Of a stretch of 64,000 bases of DNA, positions 37,410 to 50,848 are shown piece by piece. A program made the position numbers and the translations under genes. The notes beneath the pieces are model-generated. The model saw nothing but the letters and a program-made list of their open reading frames with translations. It was not told the origin of the DNA and did not search any database. Origin of the DNA: Eledone cirrhosa (taxonomy: Eukaryota); contig OZ024749.1 of assembly GCA_964016885.1 (NCBI GenBank), positions 21,328,001-21,392,000 on the forward strand. Direction: 5' to 3'. Position 1 is the first letter of the stretch, and every line of letters starts with the position of its first letter.

Positions 37410-37990
37410 CGGTTACGGTTAGGGTTAGGATTAGGGTTAGTGTTAGTGTTACGGTTAGAGTTAGAGTTAGGATTAGGGTTTTGGGTTAGGGTTAGGGTTA
37501 GGGTTAGGTTTAGGGTTTAGGGGTAGGGTTAGGGTTAGGGTTAGGATTAGCGTTAATGTTTCGGATTTAGGGTTTAGGGTTAGGTCTAAAGTTAGGGTTA
37601 GGATTAGGGTTAGGGTTAGGGTTACGGTTAGGGTTTCTTTTTTTCATTTTTCGATTTTTTCATTTTTCTATTTTTTTAGATTTTTTCATTTTTTCGATTT
37701 TTTCAATTTTTCGATTTTTTCAAATTTTTTCAGTATTTCATTTTTAAATTTTTTTTTAGATTTTTTCATTTTTTCTTGTTTGGGATTTTTCCATTTTTTC
37801 ATTTCAATATTTTAGCGTTAGGTTTAGGGGTATGAATTGGGTTAGTGTTTAGGGTTTAGCGTTTAGGGTTATGGTCAGGGTTAGGGTTAGGTTTAGTGTT
37901 AGGGTTAGGGTTAGGGTTAGGGTTAGGGTGTAGGATTTAGGGTTTAGGTTTAGGGTTAGGGTTAGGATTAGGGTTAGGGTTAGGTCTAGT

Positions 37991-38026
<36 letters not shown>

Positions 38027-38352
38027 GGTTAGCGTTAGGGTTAGGGTTAGGGGTAGGGTTAGCCTTAAGTTTAGGGTTAGGGTTAGGGTTAGGGTTAGGA
38101 TTTAGGGTTAGGGTTAGGGTTATGTTTAGGGTTAAGGTTTTTTCAATTTTTCGATTTCTTTCGATTTTTTCATTATTTCAATTTATTAGCGTTAGGGTTA
38201 GGATAGGGTTAGTGTTTAGGGTTTAGGGTTTAGGGTTATTGTTAGGGTTAGTGTTAGGTTTAGTGTTAGGGTTAGGGTTTAGGATTTAGGGTTTAGGTTT
38301 AGGGTTATGGTTAGGGTTAGTGTTAAGGTTAGTGTTAGTGTTTCGGTTAGAG

Positions 38353-38386
<34 letters not shown>

Positions 38387-38933
38387 TGGTTAGGGTTAGG
38401 ATTACGGTTAGTTTCAGTGTTACGGTTAGAGTTAGAGTTAGGATTAGGGTTTTGGGTTAGGGTTAGGGTTAGGGTTAGGTTTAGGGTTTAGGGGTAGGGT
38501 TAGGTTTAGTGTTAGGGTTAGGGTTACGTTTTTTCATTTTTTTATTTTTTCTCTTTTTCTCTTTTTCGATTTTTTCATTTTTTTTCATTTTCTCAATTTT
38601 TTAGCGTTAGGTTTATGGATAAGGTTAGCGTTAACGTTAGGGATAGGTTTAGGGTTAGGGTTAGGATTAGGATTTAGGGTTAGGGTTATGTTTAGGGTTA
38701 AAGTTTTTTCAATTTTACGATTTTTTCATTATTTCAATTTTTTAGCGTTAGGGTTAGGGGTATGGGTAGGGTTAGTGTTTAGGGTTTAGGGTTTAGGGTT
38801 ATGGTTAGGGTTAGGGTTAGGTTTAGTGTTAGGTTTAGGGTTAGGGTTAGGGTTAGGGTTTAGGATTTAGGGTTTAGGTTTAGGGTTATGGTTAGGGTTA
38901 GTGTTAAGTTTAGTGTTAGTGTTTCGGTTAGAG

Positions 38934-38967
<34 letters not shown>

Positions 38968-39520
38968 CGGTTACGGTTAGGGTTAGGATTAGGGTTAGTG
39001 TTAGTGTTACGGTTAGAGTTAGAGTTAGGATTAGGGTTTTGGGTTAGGGTTAGGGTTAGGGTTAGGTTTAGGGTTTAGGGGTAGGGTTAGGGTTAGGGTT
39101 AGGATTAGCGTTAATGTTTCGGATTTAGGGTTTAGGGTTAGGGCTAAAGTTAGGGTTAGGATTAGGGTTAGGGTTAGGGTTACGGTTAGGGTTTCCTTTT
39201 TTTATTTTTCGATTTTTTCATTTTTCGATTTTTTTAGATTTTTTCATTTTTTCGATTTTTTCAATTTTTCGATTTTTTCAAATTTTTTCAGTATTTCATT
39301 ATTAAATTTTTTTTTAGATTTTTTCATTTTTTCTTGTTTGGGATTTTTCCATTTTTTCATTTCAATATTTTAGCGTTAGGTTTAGGGGTATGAATTGGGT
39401 TAGTGTTTAGGGTTTAGCGTTTAGGGTTATGGTTAGGGTTAGGGTTAGGTTTAGTGTTAGGGTTAGGGTTAGGGTTAGGGTTAGGGTGTAGGATTTAGGG
39501 TTTAGGTTTAGGGTTATGGT
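37120..39520 (+). repeat. Direct repeat with ~1.56-kb offset (~37,120-37,950 vs ~38,660-39,520)
   Basis: Rare word TTAATGTTTCGGATTTAGGG at 37,553 and 39,111; CTAAAGTTAGGG and TTACGGTTACGG occur in both copies. Confidence 0.8.
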
Positions 39521-39817
39521 TAGGTTCAGGGTTAATGCTAGTGTTTGTGTTACGGTTAGAGTTACGTTTAGGGTTAGGGTTTAGGGTTAGGGTTACGTTT
39601 ATTCATTTTTTTGATTTCTTCATTTTCTCAATTTTTTAGCGTTAGGGTTTTGGGTAAGGTTAGCGTTAAGGTTATGGATTGGTTTAGGGTTAGGGTTAGG
39701 GTTAGGGTTAGTATTAGTGTTCCGATTCAAGTTAGGGTTAGGGTTAGGGTTAGGATTAATGTTTAGCGTTTTGGGTTTAGGGTTAGGGTTAGGATTAGGG
39801 TTAGGGTTAGGTCTAGT

Positions 39818-39849
<32 letters not shown>

Positions 39850-40539
39850 GTAGGGTTAAGTTTAGGGTTAGGGTTAGGGTTAGGGTTAGGGTTAGCGTTA
39901 GGGTTAGGGTTAGGGGTAGGGTTAGCGTTAAGTTTAGGGTTAGGGTTAGGATTAGGGTTTTGGGTTAGGGTTAGGGTTAGGGTTAGGTTTAGGGTTTAGG
40001 GGTAGGGTTAGGTTTAGGGTTAGGGTTAGGGTTACGTTTTTTCATTTTTTTATTTTTTCTCTTTTTCTATTTTTCGATTTTTTCATTTTTTTTCATTTTC
40101 TCAATTTTTTTAGCGTTAGGTTTATGGATAAGGTTAGCGTTAACGTTAGGGATAGGTTTAGGGTTAGGGTTAGGGTTAGGATTAGGGTTAGCGTTAGGGT
40201 TAGGGTTAATGTTTAGGATTTAGGGTTTAGGGTTTAGGGTTAGGGTTAGGGCTAGGGTTAGGGTTAGGTTTAGTGTTAGGGTTAGGGTTAGGATAGGGTT
40301 TAGGGTTAGTTTTAGGGTTATGGTTAGGGCTAGGATTATGGTTCGTGTTAGTGTTACGGTTAGAGTTAGAGTTAGGATTAGGGTTAGGGTTAGGGTTAGG
40401 GTTAGGGTTAGGGTTAGGGTTAAGTTTAGAGTTAGGGTTAGGGTTAGGGTTAGCGTTAGTTTTAGGGTTAGTGTTAGGGGTAGGGTTAGCGTTAGGGTTA
40501 GGGTTAGGGTTAGGGTTAGGGTTAGGGTTAGGGTTAATG

Positions 40540-41210
40540 CTAATGTTTAGGATTTAGGGTTTAGGGTTTAGGGTTAGGGTTAGGGTTAGGGTTAGGGTTA
40601 GGGTTACGGTTTCGTTTTTTCATTTTTTTGATTCTTTTAGATTCTTTCATTTTATCCTTCTTTCGATTTTTTCGATTTTTTTCATTTCTTTCGAATTTTC
40701 TTTTTTTCATTTTTTCGATGTTACGATTTTTTCAATTTTTTCATTTTTTCACTTTTTAATTTTTTCGAATTTTCGATTTACACGATTTTTTCGATTTTTT
40801 TCATTATTTCAATTTTTTAGCGTTAGGTGTATGGATAGGGTTAGTGTTTAGGGTTTAGGGTTTAGGGTTATGGTTAGGGTTAGGGTTAGGGTTAGGGTTA
40901 GGGTTAGTGTTAGGTTTAGGGTTAGGGTTAGGGTTAGTGTTAATGTTTAGGATTTAGCGTTTAGGGTTTAGGGTTAGGGTTAGGGTTAGGGTTAGGGTTA
41001 CGGTTTCGTTTTTTTCATTTTTTCGATTCTTTTAGATTTTTTCATTTTATCCTTCTTTCGATTTTTTCGATTTTTTTCATTTCTTTCGAATTTTCTTTTT
41101 TTCATTATTTCGATGTTACGATTTTTTCGATTTTTTCATATTTTCACCTTTTAATTTTTTCGAATTTTCGATTAACTCGATTTTTTCATTTTACCATTTT
41201 TTCGATTTTT
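40540..41210 (+). repeat. Local ~394-bp direct duplication of a divergent type-D spacer
   Basis: TTACGGTTTCG at 40,604 and 40,998; both spacers carry the rare words GATTCTTTTAGA and TCGATGTTACGA. Confidence 0.78.
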
Positions 41211-42215
41211 GAGAGTTAGAGTTAGGGTTTAGGGTTAGGGTTTAGGGTTAGGGTTAGGTTTAGTGTTAGGGTTAGGGTTAGGGTTAGGGTTAGGGTGTAG
41301 GATTTAGGGTTTAGGTTTAGGGTTATGGTTAGGTTCACGGTTAAGGCTACTGTTAGTTTTACGGTTAGAGTTAGGTTTAGGGTTAGGGTTTAGTGTTAGG
41401 GTTCGGGTTACGTTTATTGATTTTTTGGATTTTTTCACTTTTTCGATCTTTCATTTCTTCATTTTCTCAATTTTTTAGCGTTAGGGTTATGGGTAAGTTT
41501 AGCGTTAAGGTTATGCATTGGTTTAGTGTTAGGGTTAGGGTTAAGTTTAGGTTTAGGGTTAGGGTTAGGGTTAATGTTTAGGATTTAAGGTTAGGGTTAA
41601 TGTTTAGGATTTAAGGTTAAGGGTTATGGTTAGGGTTAGGTTTAGGGTTAGGGTTAGTGTTAGTGTTCCGATTACAGTTAGGGTTAGCGTTAGGATTTAG
41701 TGTTAGGGTTAGGGTTAGGATTAATGTTTAGCGTTTTGGGTTTAGGGTTAGGGTTAGGTCTTGTGTTAGGGTTAGGGTTTAGTGTTAGGGTTAGGGGTAG
41801 GGTTAAGTTTAGGGTTAGGGTTAGGGTTAGGGTTAGCGTTAGGGTTAGGGTTAGTGTTAGGGGTTGGGTTAGCGTTAAGTTTAGGGTTAGGGTTAGGGTT
41901 AGGGTTAGGGTTAGGATTAGGATTTAGGGATAGGGTTAGGGTTATGTTTAGGTTAAGGTTTTTTCATTTTTACGCATTTTTCAATTTTTCTATTTTTTCG
42001 ATTTTTTTCATTATTTCAATCATTTAACGTTAGGGTTAGGGGTATGGATAGGGTTAGTGTTTAGGGTTTAGGGTTTAGGGTTATGGTTAGGGTTAGGGTT
42101 AGGTTTAGTGTTAGGTTTAGGGTTAGTGTTAGGGTTAGGGTTTAGGATTTAGGGTTTAGGTTTAGGGTTATGGTTAGGGTTAGTGTTAAGGTTAGTGTTA
42201 GTGTTTCGGTTAGAG

Positions 42216-42255
<40 letters not shown>

Positions 42256-43370
42256 TGGTTAGGGTTAGGATTAGGGTTAGTGTTAGTGTTACGGTTAGAG
42301 TTAGAGTTAGGATTAGGGTTTTGGGTTAGGGTTAGGGTTAGGGTTAGGTTTAGGGTTTAGGGGTAGGGTTAGGTTTAGGGTTAGGGTTACGTTTATTCAT
42401 TTTTTTTATTTTTTTCACTTTTTCGATCTTTCATTTCTTCATTTTCTCAATTTTTTAGCGTTAGGGTTATGGGTAAGTTAGCGTTAAGGTTAGGGATTGG
42501 TTTAGAGTTAGGGTTAGGGATAGGGTTAGGTTTAGGGTTAGGGTTAGGGTTAGGGTTGGGGTTAATGTTTATGTTTTAGGGTTTAGGGTTATGGTTATGG
42601 TTAGGGTTTAGGTTAGGGTTAGGGTTAGTGTTAGTGTTCCGGTTACAGTTAGGGATAGGATTTAGGGTTAGGGTTAGGGTTAGGATTAATGTTTAGGATT
42701 TAGGGTTTAGGGTTAGGGTTAGGGTTAGGGTTAGGGTTAGTGTTAGTGTTACGGTTACAGTTAGGATTCGGGTTATTTTTACGATATTTTCATTTTCCGA
42801 TTTTTTCATTTTTCGATTTTTTTCGATTTTTTCATTTTATCCTTCTTTCGATTTTTTGGATTTTTTCATTTCTTTCGAATTTTATTTTATTTATTTTTTC
42901 GATTTTACGATTTTGTCGATTTTTTCCTTTTTTCACTATTTCATTTTTTCGAATTTTCGATTTTCTCGTTTTTTTCATTTTACCATTTTTTCGATTTTTT
43001 CTATTTTTCGATTTTTTCGATTATTTCATTTTTTCATTTTCTCAATTTTTTATCGTTAGGGTTATGTGTAAGGTTAGCGTTAAGGTTAGGGATAGGTTTA
43101 GGGTGTAGGATTTAGGGTTTAGGCATAGGGTTATGGTTAGGTTTAGGGTTAAGGCTAGTGTTAGTGTTACGGTTAGAGTTAGGTTTAGGGTTAGGGTTAG
43201 GGCTAGGGTTACGTTTATTCATTTTTTTGATTTTTTCACTTTTTCTATTTTTCATTTCTTCATTTTCTCAATTTTTTAGCGTTAGGGTTATGGGTAATGT
43301 TAGCGTTAAGTTTAGGGATAGGTTTAGGGTTAGGGTTAGGGTTAGGGTTAGGGTTAGGGTTAGGGTTAGG

Positions 43371-44109
43371 GTTAAGGGTTAGGGTTAGGGTTAGGATTAA
43401 TGCTTAGCGTTAGGGTTAGGGTTAGGGTTAGGGTTAGGTCTAGTGTTAGGGTTACGGTTTAGGGTTAGGGTTAGGGGTAGGGTTAAGTTTAGGGTTAGGG
43501 TTAGGGTTAGGGTTAGGGTTAGGGTTAGGGTTAGCGTTAAGTTTAGGGTTAGGGTTAGGGTTAGGGTTAGGATTTAGGGTTAGGGTTAGGGTTAGGATTA
43601 ATGCTTAGCGTTTTGGGTTTAGGGTTAGGGTAAGGATTTGGGTTAGGGTTAGGGTTAGGTCTAGTGTTAGGGTTACGGTTTAGGGTTAGGGTTAGGGGTA
43701 GGGTTAAGTTTAGGGTTAGGGTTAGGGTTATGGTTAGCGTTAGGGTTAGGGGAGGGTTAGGGGTAGGGTTAGCGTTAAGTTTAGGGTTAGGGTTATGGTT
43801 AGGGTTAGGATTTAGGGTTAGGGTTAGGGTTATGTTTAGGGTTAAGGTTTTTTCATTTTTACGATTTTTTCAATTTTTCGATTTTTTTCGATTTTTTCAT
43901 TGTTTTAATGATTTAGCGTTAGGGTTAGGGGTATGGATAGGGTTAGTGTTTAGGGTTTAGGGTTTAGGGTTATGGTTAGGGTTAGGGTTAGGGTTAGGGT
44001 TAGGGTTAGGTTTAGTGTTAGGATTAGGGTTAGGGTTAGGGTTAGGGTTTAGGATTTAGGGTTATGCTTAGGGTTAGGGTTAAGGTTAGTGTTAGTGTTT
44101 CGGTTAGAG

Positions 44110-44149
<40 letters not shown>

Positions 44150-45372
44150 TGGTTAGGGTTAGGATTAGGGTTAGTGTTAGTGTTACGGTTAGAGTTAGAG
44201 TTAGGATTAGGGTTTTGGGTTAGGGTTAGGGTTAGGGTTAGGGTTAGGGTTAGTGTATAGGATTTAGGGTTTAGGTTTAGGATTACGGTTAGTGTTAGGG
44301 TTAAGGTTAGTGTTGGTGGTACGGTTGAGTTAGGGTTAAGGTTAGGGTTATGGTTAGGGTTAGGGTTAGGGTTAGGTTTAGGGTTAGAGTTAGGGTTAGG
44401 GTTTAGGATTTAGCGTTTAGGGTTAGGGTTAGGGTTAGGGTGAGGGTTAGTGTTAGGATTAGGGATACTGTTAGTGTTACGGTTAGAATCCGGATTAGGG
44501 TAGGGTTTAGGGTTAGGTTTAGGGTTAGCTTTAGCGTTAGGATTTTTTCGTTTTTTCAAATTTTTAATTTTTTTCGAATTTTATATTTTTTTACTTTTTC
44601 ACTTTTTCTATTTTTCGATTTTTTCGATTTTTTCATTGTTTCATTTTAAAATTTTTTTTCGATTTTTTTATTTTTTCCTTGGGTTTTTCCATTTTTTTCG
44701 AATTTTTCATTTTTTCATTTTTTCAATTTTTTAGCGTTAGCGTTAGTGCTTAGGGTTTAGGGTTATGGTTAGGGTTAGGTTTAGGGTTAGGTTTAGTGTT
44801 AGGGTTATGGATATGGTTAGGATTAGGGTTAAGGTTACTGTTAGTGTTACGGTTAGAGTTAGGGTTAGGGTTAGGGGTTAGGGTTAGGGTTAGGGTTATG
44901 GTTAGGGTTAGGTTTAGGGTTAGGTTTACGTTAGGGTAGGGTATAGGGTTAGGTTTAGGGGTAGTGTTAGCGTTAATGTTAGGGTTTGTGTTAGGGTTAA
45001 GGTGAGGGTTAGCGTTTAGGGTTATGGTTAGGTTTAGCGTTAGGGTTAGGGTTAGGGTTAGGTTTAGGGTGTTTTTTTCATTTTTTCGAATTTTCAATTT
45101 TTCGATTTTTTCGATTTTTCTATTCTTAGATTTCATTTTTTAAATTTATTTCGAATTTTTCGAATTTTTCATTTTTTGAGTTTTAGATTTTTTCATTTTT
45201 TCGAATTTTTCATTTTTTTCGAAATTTCAATTTTACCATTTTTTCGATTTTTCTATTCTTAGATTTTTTTATTTTTCTTGGTTAGGGTTAAGGTTAGGGT
45301 TTAGGTTTAGGGTTTACGGTTAGGGTTAGGGTTAGGGTTAGGTTTAGTGTTAGGATTAGGTTTAGGGTTAGA

Positions 45373-45408
<36 letters not shown>

Positions 45409-46693
45409 GGTTAGGGTTAGGGTTAGTGTTAGTGGTAGGGTTAAGTTTAGGGTTAGGGTTATGGTTAGGGTTAGCGTTAGGATTAGGATTAGGGTTAGGG
45501 GTAGGGTTAGCGTTAATGTTAGGGTTAGGGTTAGGGTTAGGATTAGGATTAGGATTTAGGGTTAGGGTTAGGGTTAGAGTTAGGGTTAGCGTTAGGGTTA
45601 GGGTTAGGCTTAGGATTAGGATTTAGGGTTAGGCTTAGGGTTAGGTTTTGGGTTAGGGTTTAGGGTTAGTGTTAGTGTTAGTGTTTAGGGTCAGTGTTAG
45701 AGTTAAGGTTGGGGTTATGGTTAGGGTTATGGTTAGGGTTATGGTTAATGTTTAGGGTTTAGTATTTAGGGTTAGGGTTAGGCTTAGGGTTAGGGTTAAG
45801 GTTAGGATTAGGTTTAGTATTAGGGTTAGTGTTTAGGGTTAGGATTAGGGGTAGGGTTAGGATTAATGCTTAGCATTAGGGTTAGGGTTAGGGTTAAGGG
45901 TTAGGGTTAGGGTTAGGATTAATGCTTAGCGTTAGGGTTAGGGTTAGGGTTAGGGTTAGGGTTAGGGTTAGGGTTAGGGTTAGGTCTAGTGTTAGGGTTA
46001 CGGTTTAGGGTTAGGGTTAGGGGTAGGGTTAAGTTTAGGGTTAGGGTTAGGGTTAGGGTTAGGGTTAGGGTTAGGGTTAGGGTTAGGGGTAGGGTTAGCG
46101 TTAAGTTTAGGGTTAGGGTTAGGGTTAGGATTTAGGGTTAGGGTTAGGGTTAGGATTAATGCTTAGCGTTTTGGGTTTAGGGTTAGGGTAAGGATTAGGG
46201 TTAGGGTTAGGGTTAGGTCTAGTGTTAGGGTTACGGTTTAGGGTTAGGGTCAGGGGTAGGGTTAAGTTTAGGTTTAGGGTTAGGGTTATGGTTAGCGTTA
46301 GGGTTAGGGTTAGGGTTAGGGGTAGGGTTAGCGTTAAGTTTAGGGTTAGGGTTAGGGTTAGGGTTAGGATTTAGGGTTAGGGTTAGGGTTATGTTTAGGG
46401 TTAAGGTTTTTTCATTTTTACGATTTTTTCAATTTTTCGATTTTTTTCGATTTTTTCATTGTTTTAATGATTTAGCGTTAGGGTTAGGGGTATGGATAGG
46501 GTTAGTGTTTAGGGTTTAGGGTTTAGGGTTATGGTTAGGGTTAGGGTTAGGGTTAGGGTTAGGGTTAGGGTTAGGGTTAGGTTTAGTGTTAGGATTAGGG
46601 TTAGGGTTAGGGTTAGGGTTTAGGATTTAGTGTTTTGGTTTAGGGTTATGCTTAGGGTTAGGGTTAAGGTTAGTGTTAGTGTTTCGGTTAGAG

Positions 46694-46733
<40 letters not shown>

Positions 46734-47961
46734 TGGTTAGGGTTAGGATTAGGGTTAGTGTTAGTGTTACGGTTAGAGTTAGAGTTAGGATTAGGGTTTT
46801 GGGTTAGGGTTAGGGTTAGGGTTAGGGTTAGGGTTAGGGTTAGTGTATAGGATTTAGGGTTTAGGTTTAGGATTACGGTTAGGGTTAGGGTTAAGGTTAG
46901 TGTTGGTGGTACGGTTGAGTTAGGGTTAAGGTTAGGGTTATGGTTAGGGTTAGGGTTAGGGTTAGGTTTAGGGTTAGAGTTAGGGTTAGGGTTTAGGATT
47001 TAGCGTTTAGGGTTAGGGTTAGGGTTAGGGTGAGGGTTAGTGTTAGGATTAGGGATACTGTTAGTGTTACGGTTAGAATCCGGATTAGGGTAGGGTTTAG
47101 GGTTAGGTTTAGGGTTAGCTTTAGCCTTAGGATTTTTTCGTTTTTTCAAATTTTTAATTTTTTTCGAATTTTATATTTTTTTACTTTTTCACTTTTTCTC
47201 TTTTTCGATTTTTTCGATTTTTTCATTATTTCATTTTAAAATTTTTTTTCGATTTTTTTATTTTTTCCTTGGGTTTTTCCATTTTTTCGAATTTTTCATT
47301 TTTTCATTTTTTCAATTTTTTAGCGTTAGCGTTAGTGCTTCGGGTTTAGGGTTAAGGTTAGGGTTAGGTTTAGGGTTAGGTTTAGTGTTAGGGTTATGGA
47401 TATGGTTAGGATTAGGGTTAAGGTTACTGTTAGTGTTACGGTTAGAGTTAGGGTTAGGGTTAGGGTTTAGGGTTTGGGTTAGGGTTATGGTTAGGGTTAG
47501 GTTTAGGGTTAGGTTTACGTTAGGGTAGGGTATAGGGTTAGGTTTAGGGGTAGGGTTAGCGTTAATGTTAGGGTTAGTGTTAGGGTTAAGGTGAGGGTTA
47601 GCGTTTAGGGTTATGGTTAGGTTTAGCGTTAGGGTTAGGGTTAGGGTTAGGTTTAGGGTGTTTTTTTCATTTTTTCGAATTTTCAATTTTTAGATTTTTT
47701 CGATTTTTCTATTCTTAGATTTCATTTTTTAAATTTATTTCGAATTTTTCGAATTTTTCATTTTTTGAGTTTTAGATTTTTTCATTTTTTCGAATTTTTC
47801 ATTTTTTTCGAAATTTCAATTTTACCATTTTTTCGATTTTTCTATTCTTAGATTTTTTTATTTTTCTTGGTTAGGGTTAAGGTTAGGGTTTAGGTTTAGG
47901 GTTTACGGTTAGGGTTAGGGTTAGGGTTAGGTTTAGTGTTAGGATTAGGTTTAGGGTTAGA

Positions 47962-47997
<36 letters not shown>

Positions 47998-48460
47998 GGT
48001 TAGGGTTAGTGTTAGTGGTAGGGTTAAGTTTAGGGTTAGGGTTATGGTTAGGGTTAGCGTTAGGATTAGGATTAGGGTTAGGGGTAGGGTTAGCGTTAAT
48101 GTTAGGGTTAGGATTAGGATTAGGATTTAGGGTTAGGGTTAGGGTTAGGGTTAGCGTTAGGGTTAGGGTTAGGCTTAGGATTAGGATTTAGGGTTAGGCT
48201 TAGGGTTAGGTTTTGGGTTAGGGTTTAGGGTTAGGGTTAGTGTTAGTGTTTAGGGTTAGTGTTAGAGTTAAGGTTGGGGTTATGGTTAGGGTTATGGTTA
48301 GGGTTATGGTTAATGTTTAGGGTTTAGTATATAGGGTTAGGGTTAGGCTTAGGGTTAGGGTTAAGGTTAGGATTAGGTTTAGTATTAGGGTTAGTGTTTA
48401 GGGTTAGGATTAGGGGTAGGGTTAAGTTTAGGGTTAGGGTTAGGGTTAGGGTTAGGGTTA
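43371..48460 (+). repeat. Higher-order repeat family H2: two ~2.52-2.59-kb tandem copies, with a further deleted copy inside each 5167-bp unit
   Basis: Anchor GTTAAGGGTTAGGGTTAGGGTTAGGATTAATGCTTAGCG at ~43,371, 45,893, 48,457 and 49,094. ORF pairs 44440/47030/49881 and 45347/47936/50787. Confidence 0.85.
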
Positions 48461-48579
48461 AGGGTTAGGGTTAGGGTTAGGATTAATGCTTAGCGTTAGG
48501 GTTAGGGTTAGGGTTAGGGTTAGGGTTAGGGTTAGGGTTAGGGTTAGGTCTAGTGTTAGGGTTACGGTTTAGGGTTAGA

Positions 48580-48615
<36 letters not shown>

Positions 48616-50298
48616 GGTTAGGGTTAGGGTTAGTGTTAGTGGTAGGGTTAAGTTTAGGGTTAGGGTTATGGTTAGGGTTAGCGTTAGGATTAGGATTAGG
48701 GTTAGGGGTAGGGTTAGCGTTAATGTTAGGGTTAGGGTTAGGGTTAGGATTAGGATTAGGATTTAGGGTTAGGGTTAGGGTTAGGGTTAGCGTTAGGGTT
48801 AGGGTTAGGCTTAGGATTAGGATTTAGGGTTAGGCTTAGGGTTAGGTTTTGGGTTAGGGTTTAGGGTTAGGGTTAGTGTTAGTGTTTAGGGTTAGTGTTA
48901 GAGTTAAGGTTGGGGTTATGGTTAGGGTTATGGTTAGGGTTATGGTTAATGTTTAGGGTTTAGTATATAGGGTTAGGGTTAGGCTTAGGGTTAGGGTTAA
49001 GGTTAGGATTAGGTTTAGTATTAGGGTTAGTGTTTAGGGTTAGGATTAGGGGTAGGGTTAGGATTAATGCTTAGCGTTAGGGTTAGGGTTAGGGTTAAGG
49101 GTTAGGGTTAGGGTTAGGATTAATGCTTAGCGTTAGGGTTAGGGTTAGGGTTAGGGTTAGGGTTAGGGTTAGGGTTAGGGTTAGGTCTAGTGTTAGGGTT
49201 ACGGTTTAGGGTTAGGGTTAGGGGTAGGGTTAAGTTTAGGGTTAGGGTTAGGGTTAGGGTTAGGGTTAAGGTTAGGGTTAGGGGTAGGGTTAGCGTTAAG
49301 TTTAGGGTTAGGGTTAGGGTTAGGGTTAGGATTTAGGGTTAGGGTTAGGGTTAGGATTAATGCTTAGCGTTTTGGGTTTAGGGTTAGGGTAAGGATTAGG
49401 GTTAGGGTTAGGGTTAGGTCTAGTGTTAGGGTTACGGTTTAGGGTTAGGGTTAGGGGTAGGGTTAAGTTTAGGGTTAGGGTTAGGGTTATGGTTAGCGTT
49501 AGGGTTAGGGTTAGGGTTAGGGGTAGGGTTAGCGTTAAGTTTAGGGTTAGGGTTAGGGTTAGGGTTAGGATTTAGGGTTAGGGTTATGTTTAGGGTTAAG
49601 GTTTTTTCATTTTTACGATTTTTTCAATTTTTCGATTTTTTTCGATTTTTTCATTGTTTTAATGGGTTAGGGGTATGGATAGGGTTAGTGTTTAGGGTTT
49701 AGGGTTTAGGGTTATGGTTAGGGTTAGGGTTAGGGTTAGGGTTAGGGTTAAGGTTAGTGTTGGTGGTACGGTTGAGTTAGGGTTAAGGTTAGGGTTATGG
49801 TTAGGGTTAGGGTTAGGGTTAGGTTTAGGGTTAGAGTTAGGGTTAGGGTTTAGGATTTAGCGTTTAGGGTTAGGGTTAGGGTGAGGGTTAGTGTTAGGAT
49901 TAGGGATACTGTTAGTGTTACGGTTAGAATCCGGATTAGGGTAGGGTTTAGGGTTAGGTTTAGGGTTAGCTTTAGCGTTAGGATTTTTTCGTTTTTTCAA
50001 ATTTTTAATTTTTTTCGAATTTTATATTTTTTTACATTTTCACTTTTTCTCTTTTTCGATTTTTTCGATTTTTTCATTATTTCATTTTAAAATTTTTTTT
50101 CGATTTTTTTATTTTTTCCTTGGGTTTTTCCATTTTTTCGAATTTTTCATTTTTTCATTTTTTCAATTTTTTAGCGTTAGCGTTAGTGCTTCGGGTTTAG
50201 GGTTATGGTTAGGGTCAGGTTTAGGGTTAGGTTTAGTGTTAGGGTTATGGATATGGTTAGGATTAGGGTTAAGGTTACTGTTAGTGTTACGGTTAGAG

Positions 50299-50338
<40 letters not shown>

Positions 50339-50812
50339 TGGTTAGGGTTAGGTTTAGGGTTAGGTTTACGTTAGGGTAGGGTATAGGGTTAGGTTTAGGG
50401 GTAGGGTTAGCGTTAATGTTAGGGTTAGTGTTAGGGTTAAGGTGAGGGTTAGCGTTTAGGGTTATGGTTAGGTTTAGCGTTAGGGTTAGGGTTAGGGTTA
50501 GGTTTAGGGTGTTTTTTTCATTTTTTCGAATTTTCAATTTTTCGATTTTTTCGATTTTTCTATTCTTAGATTTCATTTTTTAAATTTATTTCGAATTTTT
50601 CGAATTTTTCATTTTTTGAGTTTTAGATTTTTTCATTTTTTCGAATTTTTCATTTTTTTCGAAATTTCAATTTTACCATTTTTTCGATTTTTCTATTCTT
50701 AGATTTTTTTTTTTTTCTTGGTTAGGGTTAAGGTTAGGGTTTAGGTTTAGGGTTTACGGTTAGGGTTAGGGTTAGGGTTAGGTTTAGTGTTAGGATTAGG
50801 TTTAGGGTTAGA

Positions 50813-50848
<36 letters not shown>

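Noticed and set aside
45604-45640. TTAGGC units as nematode-type telomere repeats
   Set aside because: They are isolated single G>C variants within TTAGGG context and never tandem, so they carry no taxonomic signal.
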